Virus record (IMG/VR): IMGVR_UViG_3300031857_000034
Location: 63,759-127,758 of that record
Direction: 5' to 3' (one strand)
DNA length: 64,000 nucleotides
From: a virus
Within the stretch, counting starts at the first letter, position 1, and each line of letters starts with the position of its first letter. The position numbers and the translations under genes are program-made. This document shows, piece after piece, positions 21,701 to 31,050 of the stretch. The notes below the pieces were generated by a model, which was not told the DNA's origin, did no database searches, and was given only the letters and a program-made list of their open reading frames with translations.

Positions 21701-24700
21701 AGTATGGGATCAACAGTTGGTGGACTACTTGGTTCGCGCAGGACAAAATTTTGGCTATGCTGTGAGCATATTAGGCGACAATATCATTGTGGGTTCTCCG
21801 GGATATCAAGTTGACAATGTCATGCAAGGTCGTACACTGGTATTTTCGGGTCGCCGCACAGGATGGAAGAATCTAAGACAGCAGCCCAACGAAGTAGACA
21901 TACATCTGCTGAACGAAGTAACCATATTCAATAAACAATCTAAGATCACTTTGAACTATCTCGATTTCATTGATCCCATACAAGGCAGGATCTTGGGAGC
22001 GGCACAACAGAATATCGATCTTATCAGTGCCACTGATCCGGCGGGTTATAATGTAGGCGACATCAATAACTTTGGTGTAAATTGGGGCGAATCGCAATAT
22101 GGATACATCTGGTGGGATATCAACAGTGTGCGTTTCCTAGAGTACCACTTGCAAGACATTAACCAGGCTGCCAAAATTTGGGGTAGCACCTTCCCCGGCA
22201 GCAGCATCGACATATATCAATGGATTGAAAGCGATGTACCGCCGGCAGATTATACAGGACCCGGGACACCACGCAGTTTAACCAGTTATTCGGCCTACCA
22301 GATCATTACCGATACCAATAGCGTGGCTACCAAGTATTATTTCTGGGTGTCGGGCCTGGAAGGCGTGCCACCTTACACCAACAAGACTCTTAGTTGTGCT
22401 GCCATTGCTCAATACATCTTTAATCCAAGAAGTTCGGGCATAAGTTATCTAGCACCCATAAATCCCAGCACTGTGGCCATTTATAACAGCGGTAACGATT
22501 TCGTAGCCCAAGAAAATGTTTTACATATCTCCTATGATACGGTTCCACAAGACAACAACATACACGTGGAATATGATTTAATCCAACAGGATAATCCCAG
22601 ACAGTTCATGGACGATACCACCTATGCCAAGTTTGTGGACAGTCTGTCAGGCATAGACGCGCTGGGTAACACAGTACCAGATCCTAACTTACCTCCTGGT
22701 ATGCTGTATGGTATAAACTTTAATCCTAGACAAAGTATGTTCCGTGACAGATTCCTGGCACTGAAAAACTACATTACCACTGCCAATGAAATATTGTTGA
22801 CCTTCCCGTTTGTGGAAGATTCCAATATGGAACTATTGGATTCTAAGGAATTGGCTCCCGAGTACGGTCAAACTGATGCCAACGGACAGCTGTGGTGGAA
22901 TGTGCAAGTGGCCAACTTGACTGAGCTGGGATATCAGAATCTCTCGTTGGTTCCTGTGGGCTATCGTTATTTGGTAGACCTTGACAATCGTTATAACAAT
23001 TTCTGGACCATACATCAGGTGTCATTGGATTCTACAGGTACTCCTACAACCACAGTGATCCGTGTGCAGACATACAACACTCCGGCATATTGGTCATATG
23101 TGAACTGGTATGCCGAAGGATTTGATCCTTTGCAAAGGCCTTTGTTCACAGTAGATTATCTCAGCCAAGCAGAACTGATACCTTTGCCAGACAACGGTGT
23201 AGTTAGAGTCACTAGAAATAATCCCATTGGATTTGAACTGTATCAGAACAAAGTGATAGACAGTTACAGAGATCCCGTGACACTGGAGTGGGTAACAGTA
23301 ACAGAATTTACTAGGGTAGGCTTAGAAAATGGTACTATACAAATCAGTAATGAGATCTATGACTATTCCCAACTGAGAGACCCAGAATTAGATCCCAAGT
23401 TGGAAACTAGATACATTGTGGATAGTATTAACTTTGAGATACTTACAGGCTCCAGACTGATCCTGCGCAATCAACTGATGAGTCTGATGTTTAACTTTAT
23501 ACTAGGTGAGCAGATTGATTGTAATTGGCTTTACAAAACTTCCCTGATCGATATTACGCATCCTGTACGCAAGTTATTGCCCTACAGGACATTCAAGCGA
23601 GACAACAAAGATTTTGTGTATGGTTACATAGAAGAAGTCAAACCTTATCACGTGTTTATCAAAGACTTTAGTTTGGTTTACGCTACTGTGGCAGATGTGT
23701 ATCCTGGTGATATCACAGACTTTGATGTACCTGCAACCTACAATGCCGCTGACGGCATTTACATCAGTCCCATATTGGAAAATGATCCTGACTATGTGAA
23801 CTATGACAAGTATGGCATCTACGGTGTTGGTCCTTATGCTCAGTTCGAAGGCTATATCACAGCATCGGGAGGTAGTGGTGTCACTGTGCTGACTGTGACG
23901 GAAATGTTAAAAGGATCAATTTATATTGGTGCTAATCTTGTGGGCAGTATTATCTCTCCAAGGACGCAGGTAGTTTCCTTTATTGGATACAACTCTTTGG
24001 GCCAATCTACCTACAGTATCACTGGCCAATACGAAACTACCACCGCAGTAGGCACCATTGAAATCAATCCAATCTGGGCCACCCTGCCTTATCGCAACTG
24101 GTACAACAACTATGGCCTGTATCTAGTAGACATCATGGTAACCAATCCAGGCAGTGGATATACAGTACCTCCTGCTGTGACCATCAACGGAACCACAGCA
24201 GATTCTGCCAGGGCCACTGCTATCCTAAACGGCAATGGCAGCATCTCAAACATATTGATAAATTATCTCGGTGGCAGATATCTTTCACAGCCCACGATAA
24301 CCATCGCTGCGCCTGATCAAGATTCGGGCACGCAGGCCACTGCCTATCCAGTGACCAGTTCCGGACCAGTGCGCAGTTTTGACACATCCTTGATTTACAA
24401 TCGTATGAATCTGCGACCCAGTTTCACAGAGTGGATTCCGGGATTTGTGTATCGTGAAGGCGAACTGACTAAATTTTCTGGAGTGGTTTATCGCAGCAGA
24501 TTTGACTATAATCAAAACACACAGTTTGATTTTAATCACTGGACAACAGTTCCTCCAGGCGACCTTGAAGGAGTAGATCGCACCTACGGTTACTATACTG
24601 GCGCACCTGGACAGCCAGGACTGATCCTGGATCAACTGATCACTGGATTGACCTATCCTGGTGTGATCACTGATCGCAGATACTTGGGTACCTGGGACAC

Positions 24701-27700
24701 AGGTCCTTGGAGCACTGATCCTTTTGAATCCGATAGCGGAAGACTACAAACCATAATCAACGGCGGCGCATATCCCTTGGACAGCAGCACTGGAATCATA
24801 CCTGCGTTGAATGCCTGGGATGTCAATGTGTATGGTGGTGCCTATGTAGATACCTACAGCAGCCACGCTCCAGAGGAACTGGTACCCGGTGCGGTGTTTG
24901 ACACTTTAGACTTGACAGTGTATACCATACCTGGCCAAGACAACACAGGCGCAGGATTTTCCAGCCCACTGAATGGCAGGATCGTTGCAGGAGATGGAGT
25001 CACTGATACCTACAGTTTCCAACTGTTGATTAAATTCCCCGAACAGGTACTGGTGTTCAAAAAATCAGGCACAGGAGAAAAACTCCGCCTGCAGGAATCA
25101 GTTGATTATGTCATTGACTGGCAACTGCAAAACATTGAATTGACCACTGCGCCCACTGTCAACGAGCAGATAATGATCATCGCAGTGGGACTGGGCGGCG
25201 GCAATCAGATATTGCGCTCCAGCGAAGTTTATGTGGATGGTGTCGGCGCCAACGGCAACATAGATGTACCAGTGCAGTACACACAGGTATGGTCCTTGCC
25301 AGTGTTTGTGAATGGGCAAGCTTTGACACAGGGCACAGATTATACCATTGCTGCTTACCGTCCCGAAGAACCATTGCCCGATGACAATGACATCTATCCT
25401 ATTACTAGAATTAATTTTGCCAACGCTGTTGCAGCCAACAGCAGAGTCGATTACACAGTGATAGGCGAAAGATATCAAAGCACCAACTATAGTTACAGTC
25501 TACCTGTGGTAGAATACTATACAGGCAGCAGCAGTGCAAACGTGTTTGCTGTGACCAACTCATTGACTGGAACCAATCCCATAGCGGCTATAGTAGAATT
25601 AGAAGGCAGCAGACTGCGTGGCCCGCACTGTGTAGAATACACGGCCGATGGCACACAAACTACATTTGCTGCAGGATGGCAAAGAGACGTAGCCCCCAAC
25701 GCTATAGTTTCAGACGACGTCATAGTGTATCTCGACAATGAGGCAGTGACTACTAGTATCTGGACTAGCGGATATCAAGAGATCACTGACACTTATGATA
25801 TTGTATTCGGTGATGCTCCTGCTGCAGGCACAAGGATAGTGATTGCGGTCTGGGCTGCTGCTGAATATTTCTTTGATGTTGGTGGCAGTAATCTTCATAT
25901 CTATTCCTCGGCATTGCCTGCAGCCAGTTCCAATATTGGCTTGACAACTTGGCAAGAAACCGCTGAACAGAATTTCCTCAACACAGTATCTCTGGGACAG
26001 ACCATTATTCCAGTGACTCCTGAATTGTCTATCAGCACCAACGGTCGTTGGGCTGCCGGCAATAACTTTATTACAGTGGGCACTGATACCGCCGGTATCT
26101 GGAATAGCCAGGGTCTGTGGTTTGACTACGCAGCCTATGGTTCGGGCATTGACATAGGCAATCTCAATCCTTACCCCAACGGCACCAGCAACTCGGCTAA
26201 CACTGCCATACCTTCAGAAATGTTGAGTTATGGCAACGTCTTGATAGTATTAGATGGACAATATATCAATGTGGGCGACTTGGTGTCCGGCGCAGGTATA
26301 CCCTATGGAACTGCAGTAGAACAAGTCAGAGAGTTCAAGAACAGAGATCTGCAGACCAACTGGGCAGTGGCAGTAGATCGAGCCTTGCCAGGTAATGGAC
26401 AGATATGGACAAGACAGTACAGTAACATCACTGCTCCCTATTTGAACAACACACTATATGGTCTCAGCACTGGTCCAAACATCTTGGCACTGGGCGATAA
26501 CAATAATATCCTTATGAGTAACAATGCTAGCCAGTGGACCAACATTGATCCCGTGGCACTGTTGCCATTGCGTAGTGTGGCCTATGGTAATATAGGTGGA
26601 ACAGGATACTATATAGCGGTGGGTCTAGAAAGCAATATTCTGCGTAGTAGTGATGGCGTAAATTGGACACAGGAAGGTTTCGCCCTGCCCTTGAACACTT
26701 ATGCTTTCCGCGCTGTGGCTTATGGCGCAGGAAAGTTTGTGATTGTTGGTGACAGTGGCGTGATATTCGCCAGCGCCGATGCACTGAATTGGACACAGGA
26801 AACCAGTGGTACTGTTGAAAATTTAAGTTCTGTTAGTTATGACGGCGCTGAATTTATCGCGGCAGGTGAAAATGCTATGATGCTGGCCAGTTCCGATGGC
26901 AGTGTCTGGGTACGTAGATTCTTTGGATATGTGTCTGCTACCACTGTTGTTAATCCGGGCAACAGTTATGTAGCACCGCCCACAGTACAATTCCAAGGAC
27001 CTTTCAACGGAACAGGTATTACCACTTTGGGTTTTCCTGCTATCGAAGGTGGAGTAGGTCGTATCGACATCGCCAACACCGGTGTGTTGTATGGACGTCC
27101 TCCCAACGTAGTAATCTCTCAGTCAAACATCACCACGTTCTCGGGTAATGTACCATCGGGAGCCACAGCCAATGCATATCTTACTTTGACAGGCCCTGTG
27201 ACCTATATTGGATTGGTCAACGGCGGCACTGGTTATAATACTGCTCCCATAATTGGATTCACCGACAGCATAGGTGGTACCGGAGCCAATGCGGTGGCCA
27301 CACTAAACGCCAATGGCAATATTACTTCTATCACACTGCTTTCAGGCGGCACAGGATATAGTACTGTATTCAACGACATACAAGTGACTATAACACCTGT
27401 GGGCAACGATGTACCGTCTATTTCGGCCACTGCTATCGCAGCAGTCACTGGCAATTTAAATCTCTTGCAGATGACTAGCTATGGCGTCAACTATAGTTCC
27501 TACGATTTGACATCAGCTGCTAACAATAGTCCTACCGTATCGTTTACTCCTTATACAGTGGCAGGATACAGCAATAGTCTTACCACAGGTAACGTCTATC
27601 AGAGTTACATAGTTCTGGACAGCATAGCAGAACTGCAGATTGGTATGAACATAGAGTTTACCGACAATAGCAACAATCAGGTGTATATCGGAAACGTCAC

Positions 27701-30700
27701 GACAATTTATACAGGTAATAGCAGTATTGGCGTATTTCCGCCCCTTTACTATCAAGTTGATCCGTTTACAACATTTGCTGCCAGAGATAACGGTAGAAAT
27801 GCTGCAGCGGTATTTGGTGAATACTACGATGCTGGGGTAACCGGCATCATAATCACAGAGCGTGGATCGGGATATGAATTTGCTCCTAACGTTTCTGTCA
27901 GTTATCCGCCAACAGCCGGTGGTGCTGTAGCTGAAGTCACTGCATCTATCGTGGATATAACCACTGAAAATTTAAATGATGTTAACTATATAGGCAACTA
28001 TTGGTTGGCAGTAGGCGACCAAAGCACTACCATTTACAGTGATGATAATATCACATGGTTTGAAGGCAATGTTGCACCCAATGCGGCGGTAACGTTGAAC
28101 ACAGTGTTTGGCAGCAGCATCGGCAACGCCAATGTATTTTTAGCCGGCGGCTTAGGCGGCAATCTTTACCTCAGCAACGACGTGGCACAGGGCTGGCAAC
28201 AGATAACTAGCGGAACTACTGCCAATATCGCTCAGGGCGCTTATGCCAGTGGTAATTATGCTTACGTGGCTGCAGGTGGTGTGATTGCTTACAGCACATC
28301 GGGAGCCAATGGATCTTGGCAGCAGGCTGCAACCAGCGATGGCACTACACAGGATATCTGGGGTGTGATAGCCAGCGGCAATACTGTAGGAGATTGGTGT
28401 GCTGTTGGTAGCCGTAGTACTATCCTACGTACATCAAATGTAGCCACTTGGCAGGCCTATAATCAAGAATGGCCCTTGAATGACAGCGAATATGGATACC
28501 AAAGTTCCAGAGATACCTACGTGCTAGTTGGAGACAACGGCACCATATATCGCAGTATTGGCAGCAGCAGCGACTTTGTGCGTGTAGATGCCACCACCGA
28601 TGAAAATATCGAATCAGTGACCTTTGGACTAGGAAAGTTTGTAGCAGTAGGCAGCAACGGCAAGAGTTTGGTCAGTACCGATGCCAACACTTGGACGGTG
28701 TATGACATAGGTAGCACTGCGACCTTTAGAGACATAACTTACACAGGTGCTAATTCGGGTCCCATGGCATTTATCGCTGTGGGCGATTCAGGGCAGGCCT
28801 ACAAATCTGCAGATGGTCAGGTATGGTCAAGGATGTTAGTACCCACATCTTCAAATTTACGTTGTGTAAATGTAGCTGTCACAGGCAGCACAGTCAAGAC
28901 AGTGATAGGCGGGGAAAATGGCGCACTTGTAGTCAGTGTTGATTCATTTGGCAACAGTTTTGTATTGATCTCAGAATCAGGATCAGAATCTTTTATTCAG
29001 TCTAACGCCAACAATCGCACATTCACAACCACAACTTCTACACTGCTGGCCACAGATACACAGGAAATTTCAGTATTATTAAACGGCAATGCTTTGACAC
29101 GCGGAGTAGACTATGCCGTGACTGCTATCAATCCCAATGTCACCATACTGATGACCAGTAATGTCAGCGTCAACAGCAATGTTACCATTGTCACTGATAT
29201 GATCAATTGGAATTCCGTTGCTTATGGTGCTAACAAGTTTGTCTTGGTAGGACAGAATGGTACGGTTTGGAATGGATACGACAACGCTTCTACTTGGACA
29301 GAAATGCAACCCTTGACCAGCGCTAATATTACCAGCGTGGCCTATGATCAGACCACCAGTCAGTTTGTCAGCGTAGGCGAGTCAGCAGGAAGTCAGCAGA
29401 TAGGTACGCAAAGTTATATCGCCACAACCTTTACAGCAGAGTACTATCCCTTGTCCTTTGTTCCTGACTTTACAAGAATCGTACCAGGTATGCTGGTAAC
29501 TGGTAATTATCTACGCACCAACACACTGGTCACAGGCACAGATTATGCTCAACGTCAGGTCTATATCGATACCACACAGTATTCTTCTAGATCTAATATA
29601 ACAGTGACATTTACTCCCACACAGATCGAAAATGTCTATCCTGTGCAGGATCCCGTGACCAACGGCTACAGACCATGGACCACGCTCAATGGCAACAGAT
29701 TATTCTTTAACGAAGATTATGTCGCCGAAGGCTCTGCTGTGCGTATCGTGGCCAACGGCCTGCCCGACACAGATGTAGTGCAAATTCTTGATTCCAGCCA
29801 GAATTCAGTGCCCGATGAATTGGATTTCAAAGTCTGGAAAGACATGAATGACAACACCGCTGTGTACCGTATGACAGAACTCAATGTCACAGAGACTACG
29901 GTAAGGGTACAATTCACCGATGACATCATTTATCTAGAAGACGCATCTAAGTTATCATTGCCACAACTGTCACTGAATCAGATTGGAGTAGCATTTGTAG
30001 GATCGGAGCGTTTGGCCTACAGATACATCGACTATAGCAATAATACCATATCGGGATTGATACGTGGCATCGGTGGAACTGCCGCACAGGATCACGAAGT
30101 GGGCAGTACGGTAGTAGATGCTGCCACACCCAACATCATTCCCATAGCCTATAGAGATCGCATAACGGCTGAGCAGTTCACAGGAGATGGCAACACCCGT
30201 ACTTTTGCCACTGCTACCATAATGGCTGATATCCAACAAGAAGTTAGATTGGCCGTGGCAGGAACAGAGATCGCCATGCGTATGGCCAGTATTACAGCCG
30301 ACGGCGTGGTCAATACATTTACTGCCACAGATTCCAACGTTTCTGGCAGCGACATAGGTAATATCGCAGTTGACCGTTATGATCAAGTCATGGTAGCAAT
30401 CAACGGAGCACTGCTGCCCACACCCAATGCCAATGTATTCTTTGGCGATAACTATACCAACGTGTTTATAGCCAATAATGTTTCTGTCAGCAACGTGGCC
30501 AATGTTATAGTGGTGATCAACAATCAAGTGGTAATACCCACCGGCATTTCGTTGAGCAATAGTCATCCCAATGTAGTGATAGATCCCCCACCCAATGGTA
30601 ATTCTTGGGTGCATATCAGTGACACATATGCTGTGATAGATACCGACCCAGTTCAGGTAGCATTTGCTCAAACGCCCGCAGCCAACGCTATAATCACTAT

Positions 30701-30887
30701 CGCCGCAGATTATTATTCAGTGGGTGTGATGCCTGCTGTAGTTACACTGGCAGAAGCACCAGCCAATGGGGTAACAGTGGTAGTTGGTATTGACTCTAGC
30801 AAAAATTGGTACAATGCCACAGGAGATGGTATAAGACTGCAGCATCAACCCACAGTTGCAGGTCGATTCCTGCAAGGTGACGTATAA
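12786..30887 (+). CDS. Giant (6033 aa) multidomain baseplate wedge/fibre protein at the gp7 position
   Basis: Uninterrupted 18.1 kb ORF after gp6. The N-terminal DFLPEIFRT is gp7-like. It contains FG-GAP-like, BNR/Asp-box-like propeller, CBM5/12-like and GxGY-P repeats. Confidence 0.75.
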   Translation: MARTVDFLPEIFRTPTNKQVLHATLDQLVQEPRYERAQGFIGQKFGPGVTTEDRYIVEPDKTRRDYQLEPATIFLEDGSRRVIDALTYPGYLDALKKINGPITRPDELFEQEYYAVDFFIDWDKSVNYNQYYWQFQGPETVRLTAPATLQSFNVEQQIVGKQTYTTDNVRLVSPATWNKTISFSNGMRIQFVGNITPAFYRNRDFYVEGVGTAGGIKLLPVDDFVIPEIYNYPATVQREPIPWDVYPWDTTLWDGARLVPGSDIDYVTINRASRDLNPWTRSNRWFHVDVLTYSAEINGTVAVIDDNFRGKRPILEFRPDIKLIRFGTQGLEPISLIDYSVTNAFTQVAGQPSFTIDGIELFAGMKVIFAADENPEVARQVYLVQQITPVPGGQSLLYLEAIEGQVAAEGSVTVCTLGESQQGYSFYYSNGEWSTIQQTQQKTHPNQAPLFDVFDQDGTSFSNATVYPDTNFVGSPLFSYAVGTGVADAVLKFPLQYSGVNNVGDILFFFNFYRDSFTYLNNLTVDLVGLRTGFVHQYTDRVNYDRLIGYQTASLTPNTTNVPLLSQQPQIFEFDYTEGSIKIDVAVLEQDQYPSITNIVRISVNDVLQDPGTYTYRILDGSNLEVYPNAQSGAGTGVQTEITFAVDPEPTSLVVVAALSAQTSSTGYFSVPTNLTVNALNQDVTECTLGTLRDHYIGICQNIQGFEGQVLAANNSRDLGNLVPYGIDLIQHSAALAIPAVFLREQDYSISSALYYSAVEYQRYKDLVLDYVWKNEFINETTAEILDSAIDALKSNRSSDNPFYWSDCITAGIFESTTYTWYEESSTSFDLIYTYNYSEANYQGLNVYVNDVILCRDRDYVVDTVTNTVTLVPSVLADEDIVVIREYQQTYGNFVPATPSSLRLFPAYFPEIYVDTTYTTPTTVIRGHDGSITPAFGDYRDQVLLEFETRIYSNIKGTADYPLDYNEFLPGAFRGVTADNINSQTILNNEFVRWLGSNRVDYKQQDFLVTNEKTWNYSQTGAKITYPQGLDAGDAIPMPGYWRQIYWLFYDTDEPQNFPWQMLGFSNKPLWWDAEYGPAPYTSGNLYMWEDIAAGRIREPGNDRIDTVYARPGLLDILPVDAQGNLLLPFTTIVADYNPATYQANWSIGGGSPAETAWRKSSAWPFAIQRLLFLLKPAQYLNYYIDRDQYKFNTEFDQWLYNGRQRLTSNDLQIYGEGTAVNSYVNFIIDYNKSYGLPGTANLEARINNLDIRLAYRVAGFTDKRYLQLLSDRTSPATYNRSLLIPDENYNILLYRNEVFDSINYSAVTIERTESGWAVYGNSIANPYFQILPSIINNNYTTLNIGNTTIRMQKDFSDTVVLIPYGYIFRSVNAVVDFLLSYGKFLNTSGFAYNTLENTVLLNWEQMAQEFVYWYNQGWAVGALIQLNPSSAKLEFYKQNAVVVNLLESKREDILVNQNKQALRLRDYSVYRDGNLFELTALNENTVGYVNLKLTNYEHIIIVDNVTDFDDIIYQPLTGLRQGRLIYQGIKSAEWDGTMDAPGFIINLPSVTEWDSGLKYAKGQVVKFKNFYYQANVTVDPADTFDYNLWNKIVYRPDQEGMLPNLALKAIQSTQFYDQHADNLDADSELLGFGLTGFRPREYMASIELDTVSQMNAYQDFIGTKGTPRSLYFYDQAVVNGDDLSYDVYENWAIQRATYGATATNAFVDFTLDATKLTGNPSTSQFVVLGESTEADQATLITDLYAVSQPVNTTQILPQLQQTYPDKFLPTAGYVDSRDVEIQLFSIDDLNSLSAELDKVTNLAEVWVAKINQSDWDVYKCQNLVNTLVLAQDNLDGQTLLIFSGNHGLTADQTIIIKEFNVDLQGAFRVNSVPSTSTVLIDSQLPDGVTTLVGEGVVFELSSVHVAQPSDIADLPILFDLTKTNKVWVDNNGSGRWQTLEKQTPYTDIKDYEYAGTELFGSAVCQTSDNANILIGAPGSYTTGVVIPYYLDGNVYTAESPVAVPSVWTNYSDFGRVGDAAGNIWAAFSVGLGTVPGFNTDFRVVIMQKTDRGFEPRQLLPGGSTGVDGKFSGDIKFSQDAYWLYVSNPVDKKVQAYQRNRFQEQATEFTCDGVQFIFPTDDKVLVDRGSQWSVTLNSTVQAYNQDYTANATRISFRVPPAAPVIQAVDSITSGSTVFTVTSINGLAAGQQVSGMGIAVGSKVVSIDTTNNAVTIDRAITLTGTNVDITFTNMIYVSRWGTDPDSAYWGFGANPLKPNGITRSFPIDMLAGATPDPESVGVYYNGELMRFNNSPAVDGDYIYDYVNRQIVFNFTPPATSSQAVTYLAQDYFTAVTDVVNHAGLSFGISCATDNDGSVLAVGDADANTSNIDIDADGVAYVYDRGTVSHMVSNVSTRLYSTPSPILGQPQVYLNGQLLYPDTGMTIGSYVYEPVSGTDYTGNTAVRFNEGVIDSVGDIVDISYNKLSTIQIVTNPQSNASGSEFGTAVSFNSSGSAILVGAPNGNTSVLGAGFAARIENQTAIYGSITGTTVNPVVTAGSSLRLDNYYVEFDAANITSVSLSNVCSITTSAPHGFYNGETVVINGLNGGVLNLNNKPYYVRVTGSTTFNIFDYGTISNVTASSKVVVTSNVAANIDLGLAIQVFNPVEISQVQGIANVNNTTANPYWLARKANGNSTTQMELFRGVGIFDILSATEGNVAQTLVLTSTNPNITRGTAVVLESNSAAINNTVVYAGNIGVYNHGSGSTYNSFVLYTDPALIFPVSPIGNTGPGGTVGIFIDGTGWGNYASGGQVLRYIDTTGLTPAYNASTSQGTAFDGSLDGVVNVINNQGISNLQAANAAGKLQLSVINANAAIPNELLSVLPGTETTYTSGAMYQLGLSPYYGAGAQIIGGSYPAYGSRFGFRIDQDWITNQTVISSEFGTAAAETTFDLDTTTFDGRTTRFDDLYAKSGSVDVYDLLVSANASKDNPSKLVWDQQLVDYLVRAGQNFGYAVSILGDNIIVGSPGYQVDNVMQGRTLVFSGRRTGWKNLRQQPNEVDIHLLNEVTIFNKQSKITLNYLDFIDPIQGRILGAAQQNIDLISATDPAGYNVGDINNFGVNWGESQYGYIWWDINSVRFLEYHLQDINQAAKIWGSTFPGSSIDIYQWIESDVPPADYTGPGTPRSLTSYSAYQIITDTNSVATKYYFWVSGLEGVPPYTNKTLSCAAIAQYIFNPRSSGISYLAPINPSTVAIYNSGNDFVAQENVLHISYDTVPQDNNIHVEYDLIQQDNPRQFMDDTTYAKFVDSLSGIDALGNTVPDPNLPPGMLYGINFNPRQSMFRDRFLALKNYITTANEILLTFPFVEDSNMELLDSKELAPEYGQTDANGQLWWNVQVANLTELGYQNLSLVPVGYRYLVDLDNRYNNFWTIHQVSLDSTGTPTTTVIRVQTYNTPAYWSYVNWYAEGFDPLQRPLFTVDYLSQAELIPLPDNGVVRVTRNNPIGFELYQNKVIDSYRDPVTLEWVTVTEFTRVGLENGTIQISNEIYDYSQLRDPELDPKLETRYIVDSINFEILTGSRLILRNQLMSLMFNFILGEQIDCNWLYKTSLIDITHPVRKLLPYRTFKRDNKDFVYGYIEEVKPYHVFIKDFSLVYATVADVYPGDITDFDVPATYNAADGIYISPILENDPDYVNYDKYGIYGVGPYAQFEGYITASGGSGVTVLTVTEMLKGSIYIGANLVGSIISPRTQVVSFIGYNSLGQSTYSITGQYETTTAVGTIEINPIWATLPYRNWYNNYGLYLVDIMVTNPGSGYTVPPAVTINGTTADSARATAILNGNGSISNILINYLGGRYLSQPTITIAAPDQDSGTQATAYPVTSSGPVRSFDTSLIYNRMNLRPSFTEWIPGFVYREGELTKFSGVVYRSRFDYNQNTQFDFNHWTTVPPGDLEGVDRTYGYYTGAPGQPGLILDQLITGLTYPGVITDRRYLGTWDTGPWSTDPFESDSGRLQTIINGGAYPLDSSTGIIPALNAWDVNVYGGAYVDTYSSHAPEELVPGAVFDTLDLTVYTIPGQDNTGAGFSSPLNGRIVAGDGVTDTYSFQLLIKFPEQVLVFKKSGTGEKLRLQESVDYVIDWQLQNIELTTAPTVNEQIMIIAVGLGGGNQILRSSEVYVDGVGANGNIDVPVQYTQVWSLPVFVNGQALTQGTDYTIAAYRPEEPLPDDNDIYPITRINFANAVAANSRVDYTVIGERYQSTNYSYSLPVVEYYTGSSSANVFAVTNSLTGTNPIAAIVELEGSRLRGPHCVEYTADGTQTTFAAGWQRDVAPNAIVSDDVIVYLDNEAVTTSIWTSGYQEITDTYDIVFGDAPAAGTRIVIAVWAAAEYFFDVGGSNLHIYSSALPAASSNIGLTTWQETAEQNFLNTVSLGQTIIPVTPELSISTNGRWAAGNNFITVGTDTAGIWNSQGLWFDYAAYGSGIDIGNLNPYPNGTSNSANTAIPSEMLSYGNVLIVLDGQYINVGDLVSGAGIPYGTAVEQVREFKNRDLQTNWAVAVDRALPGNGQIWTRQYSNITAPYLNNTLYGLSTGPNILALGDNNNILMSNNASQWTNIDPVALLPLRSVAYGNIGGTGYYIAVGLESNILRSSDGVNWTQEGFALPLNTYAFRAVAYGAGKFVIVGDSGVIFASADALNWTQETSGTVENLSSVSYDGAEFIAAGENAMMLASSDGSVWVRRFFGYVSATTVVNPGNSYVAPPTVQFQGPFNGTGITTLGFPAIEGGVGRIDIANTGVLYGRPPNVVISQSNITTFSGNVPSGATANAYLTLTGPVTYIGLVNGGTGYNTAPIIGFTDSIGGTGANAVATLNANGNITSITLLSGGTGYSTVFNDIQVTITPVGNDVPSISATAIAAVTGNLNLLQMTSYGVNYSSYDLTSAANNSPTVSFTPYTVAGYSNSLTTGNVYQSYIVLDSIAELQIGMNIEFTDNSNNQVYIGNVTTIYTGNSSIGVFPPLYYQVDPFTTFAARDNGRNAAAVFGEYYDAGVTGIIITERGSGYEFAPNVSVSYPPTAGGAVAEVTASIVDITTENLNDVNYIGNYWLAVGDQSTTIYSDDNITWFEGNVAPNAAVTLNTVFGSSIGNANVFLAGGLGGNLYLSNDVAQGWQQITSGTTANIAQGAYASGNYAYVAAGGVIAYSTSGANGSWQQAATSDGTTQDIWGVIASGNTVGDWCAVGSRSTILRTSNVATWQAYNQEWPLNDSEYGYQSSRDTYVLVGDNGTIYRSIGSSSDFVRVDATTDENIESVTFGLGKFVAVGSNGKSLVSTDANTWTVYDIGSTATFRDITYTGANSGPMAFIAVGDSGQAYKSADGQVWSRMLVPTSSNLRCVNVAVTGSTVKTVIGGENGALVVSVDSFGNSFVLISESGSESFIQSNANNRTFTTTTSTLLATDTQEISVLLNGNALTRGVDYAVTAINPNVTILMTSNVSVNSNVTIVTDMINWNSVAYGANKFVLVGQNGTVWNGYDNASTWTEMQPLTSANITSVAYDQTTSQFVSVGESAGSQQIGTQSYIATTFTAEYYPLSFVPDFTRIVPGMLVTGNYLRTNTLVTGTDYAQRQVYIDTTQYSSRSNITVTFTPTQIENVYPVQDPVTNGYRPWTTLNGNRLFFNEDYVAEGSAVRIVANGLPDTDVVQILDSSQNSVPDELDFKVWKDMNDNTAVYRMTELNVTETTVRVQFTDDIIYLEDASKLSLPQLSLNQIGVAFVGSERLAYRYIDYSNNTISGLIRGIGGTAAQDHEVGSTVVDAATPNIIPIAYRDRITAEQFTGDGNTRTFATATIMADIQQEVRLAVAGTEIAMRMASITADGVVNTFTATDSNVSGSDIGNIAVDRYDQVMVAINGALLPTPNANVFFGDNYTNVFIANNVSVSNVANVIVVINNQVVIPTGISLSNSHPNVVIDPPPNGNSWVHISDTYAVIDTDPVQVAFAQTPAANAIITIAADYYSVGVMPAVVTLAEAPANGVTVVVGIDSSKNWYNATGDGIRLQHQPTVAGRFLQGDV

Positions 30888-30906
30888 AATAGCGATAAAT
30901 AACAGA

Positions 30907-31050
30907 ATGCAAAATCAAGAGCCACAAAACAAACAACAATCCCAGAAACCCACAAAACCTGTGGATGAAAATCTGGGTATTTTGGTACAAGATCATATCC
31001 GTATCTTTGATCCAAAAAATCAACAGATGCACTATCGGGGGAGAGGATAA
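30907..31050 (+). CDS. Small (47 aa) structural-region protein
   Basis: ATG at 30907, just after a TAAATA box. TAATG-coupled to the next gene and similar to that gene's N-terminus. Confidence 0.6.
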   Translation: MQNQEPQNKQQSQKPTKPVDENLGILVQDHIRIFDPKNQQMHYRGRG

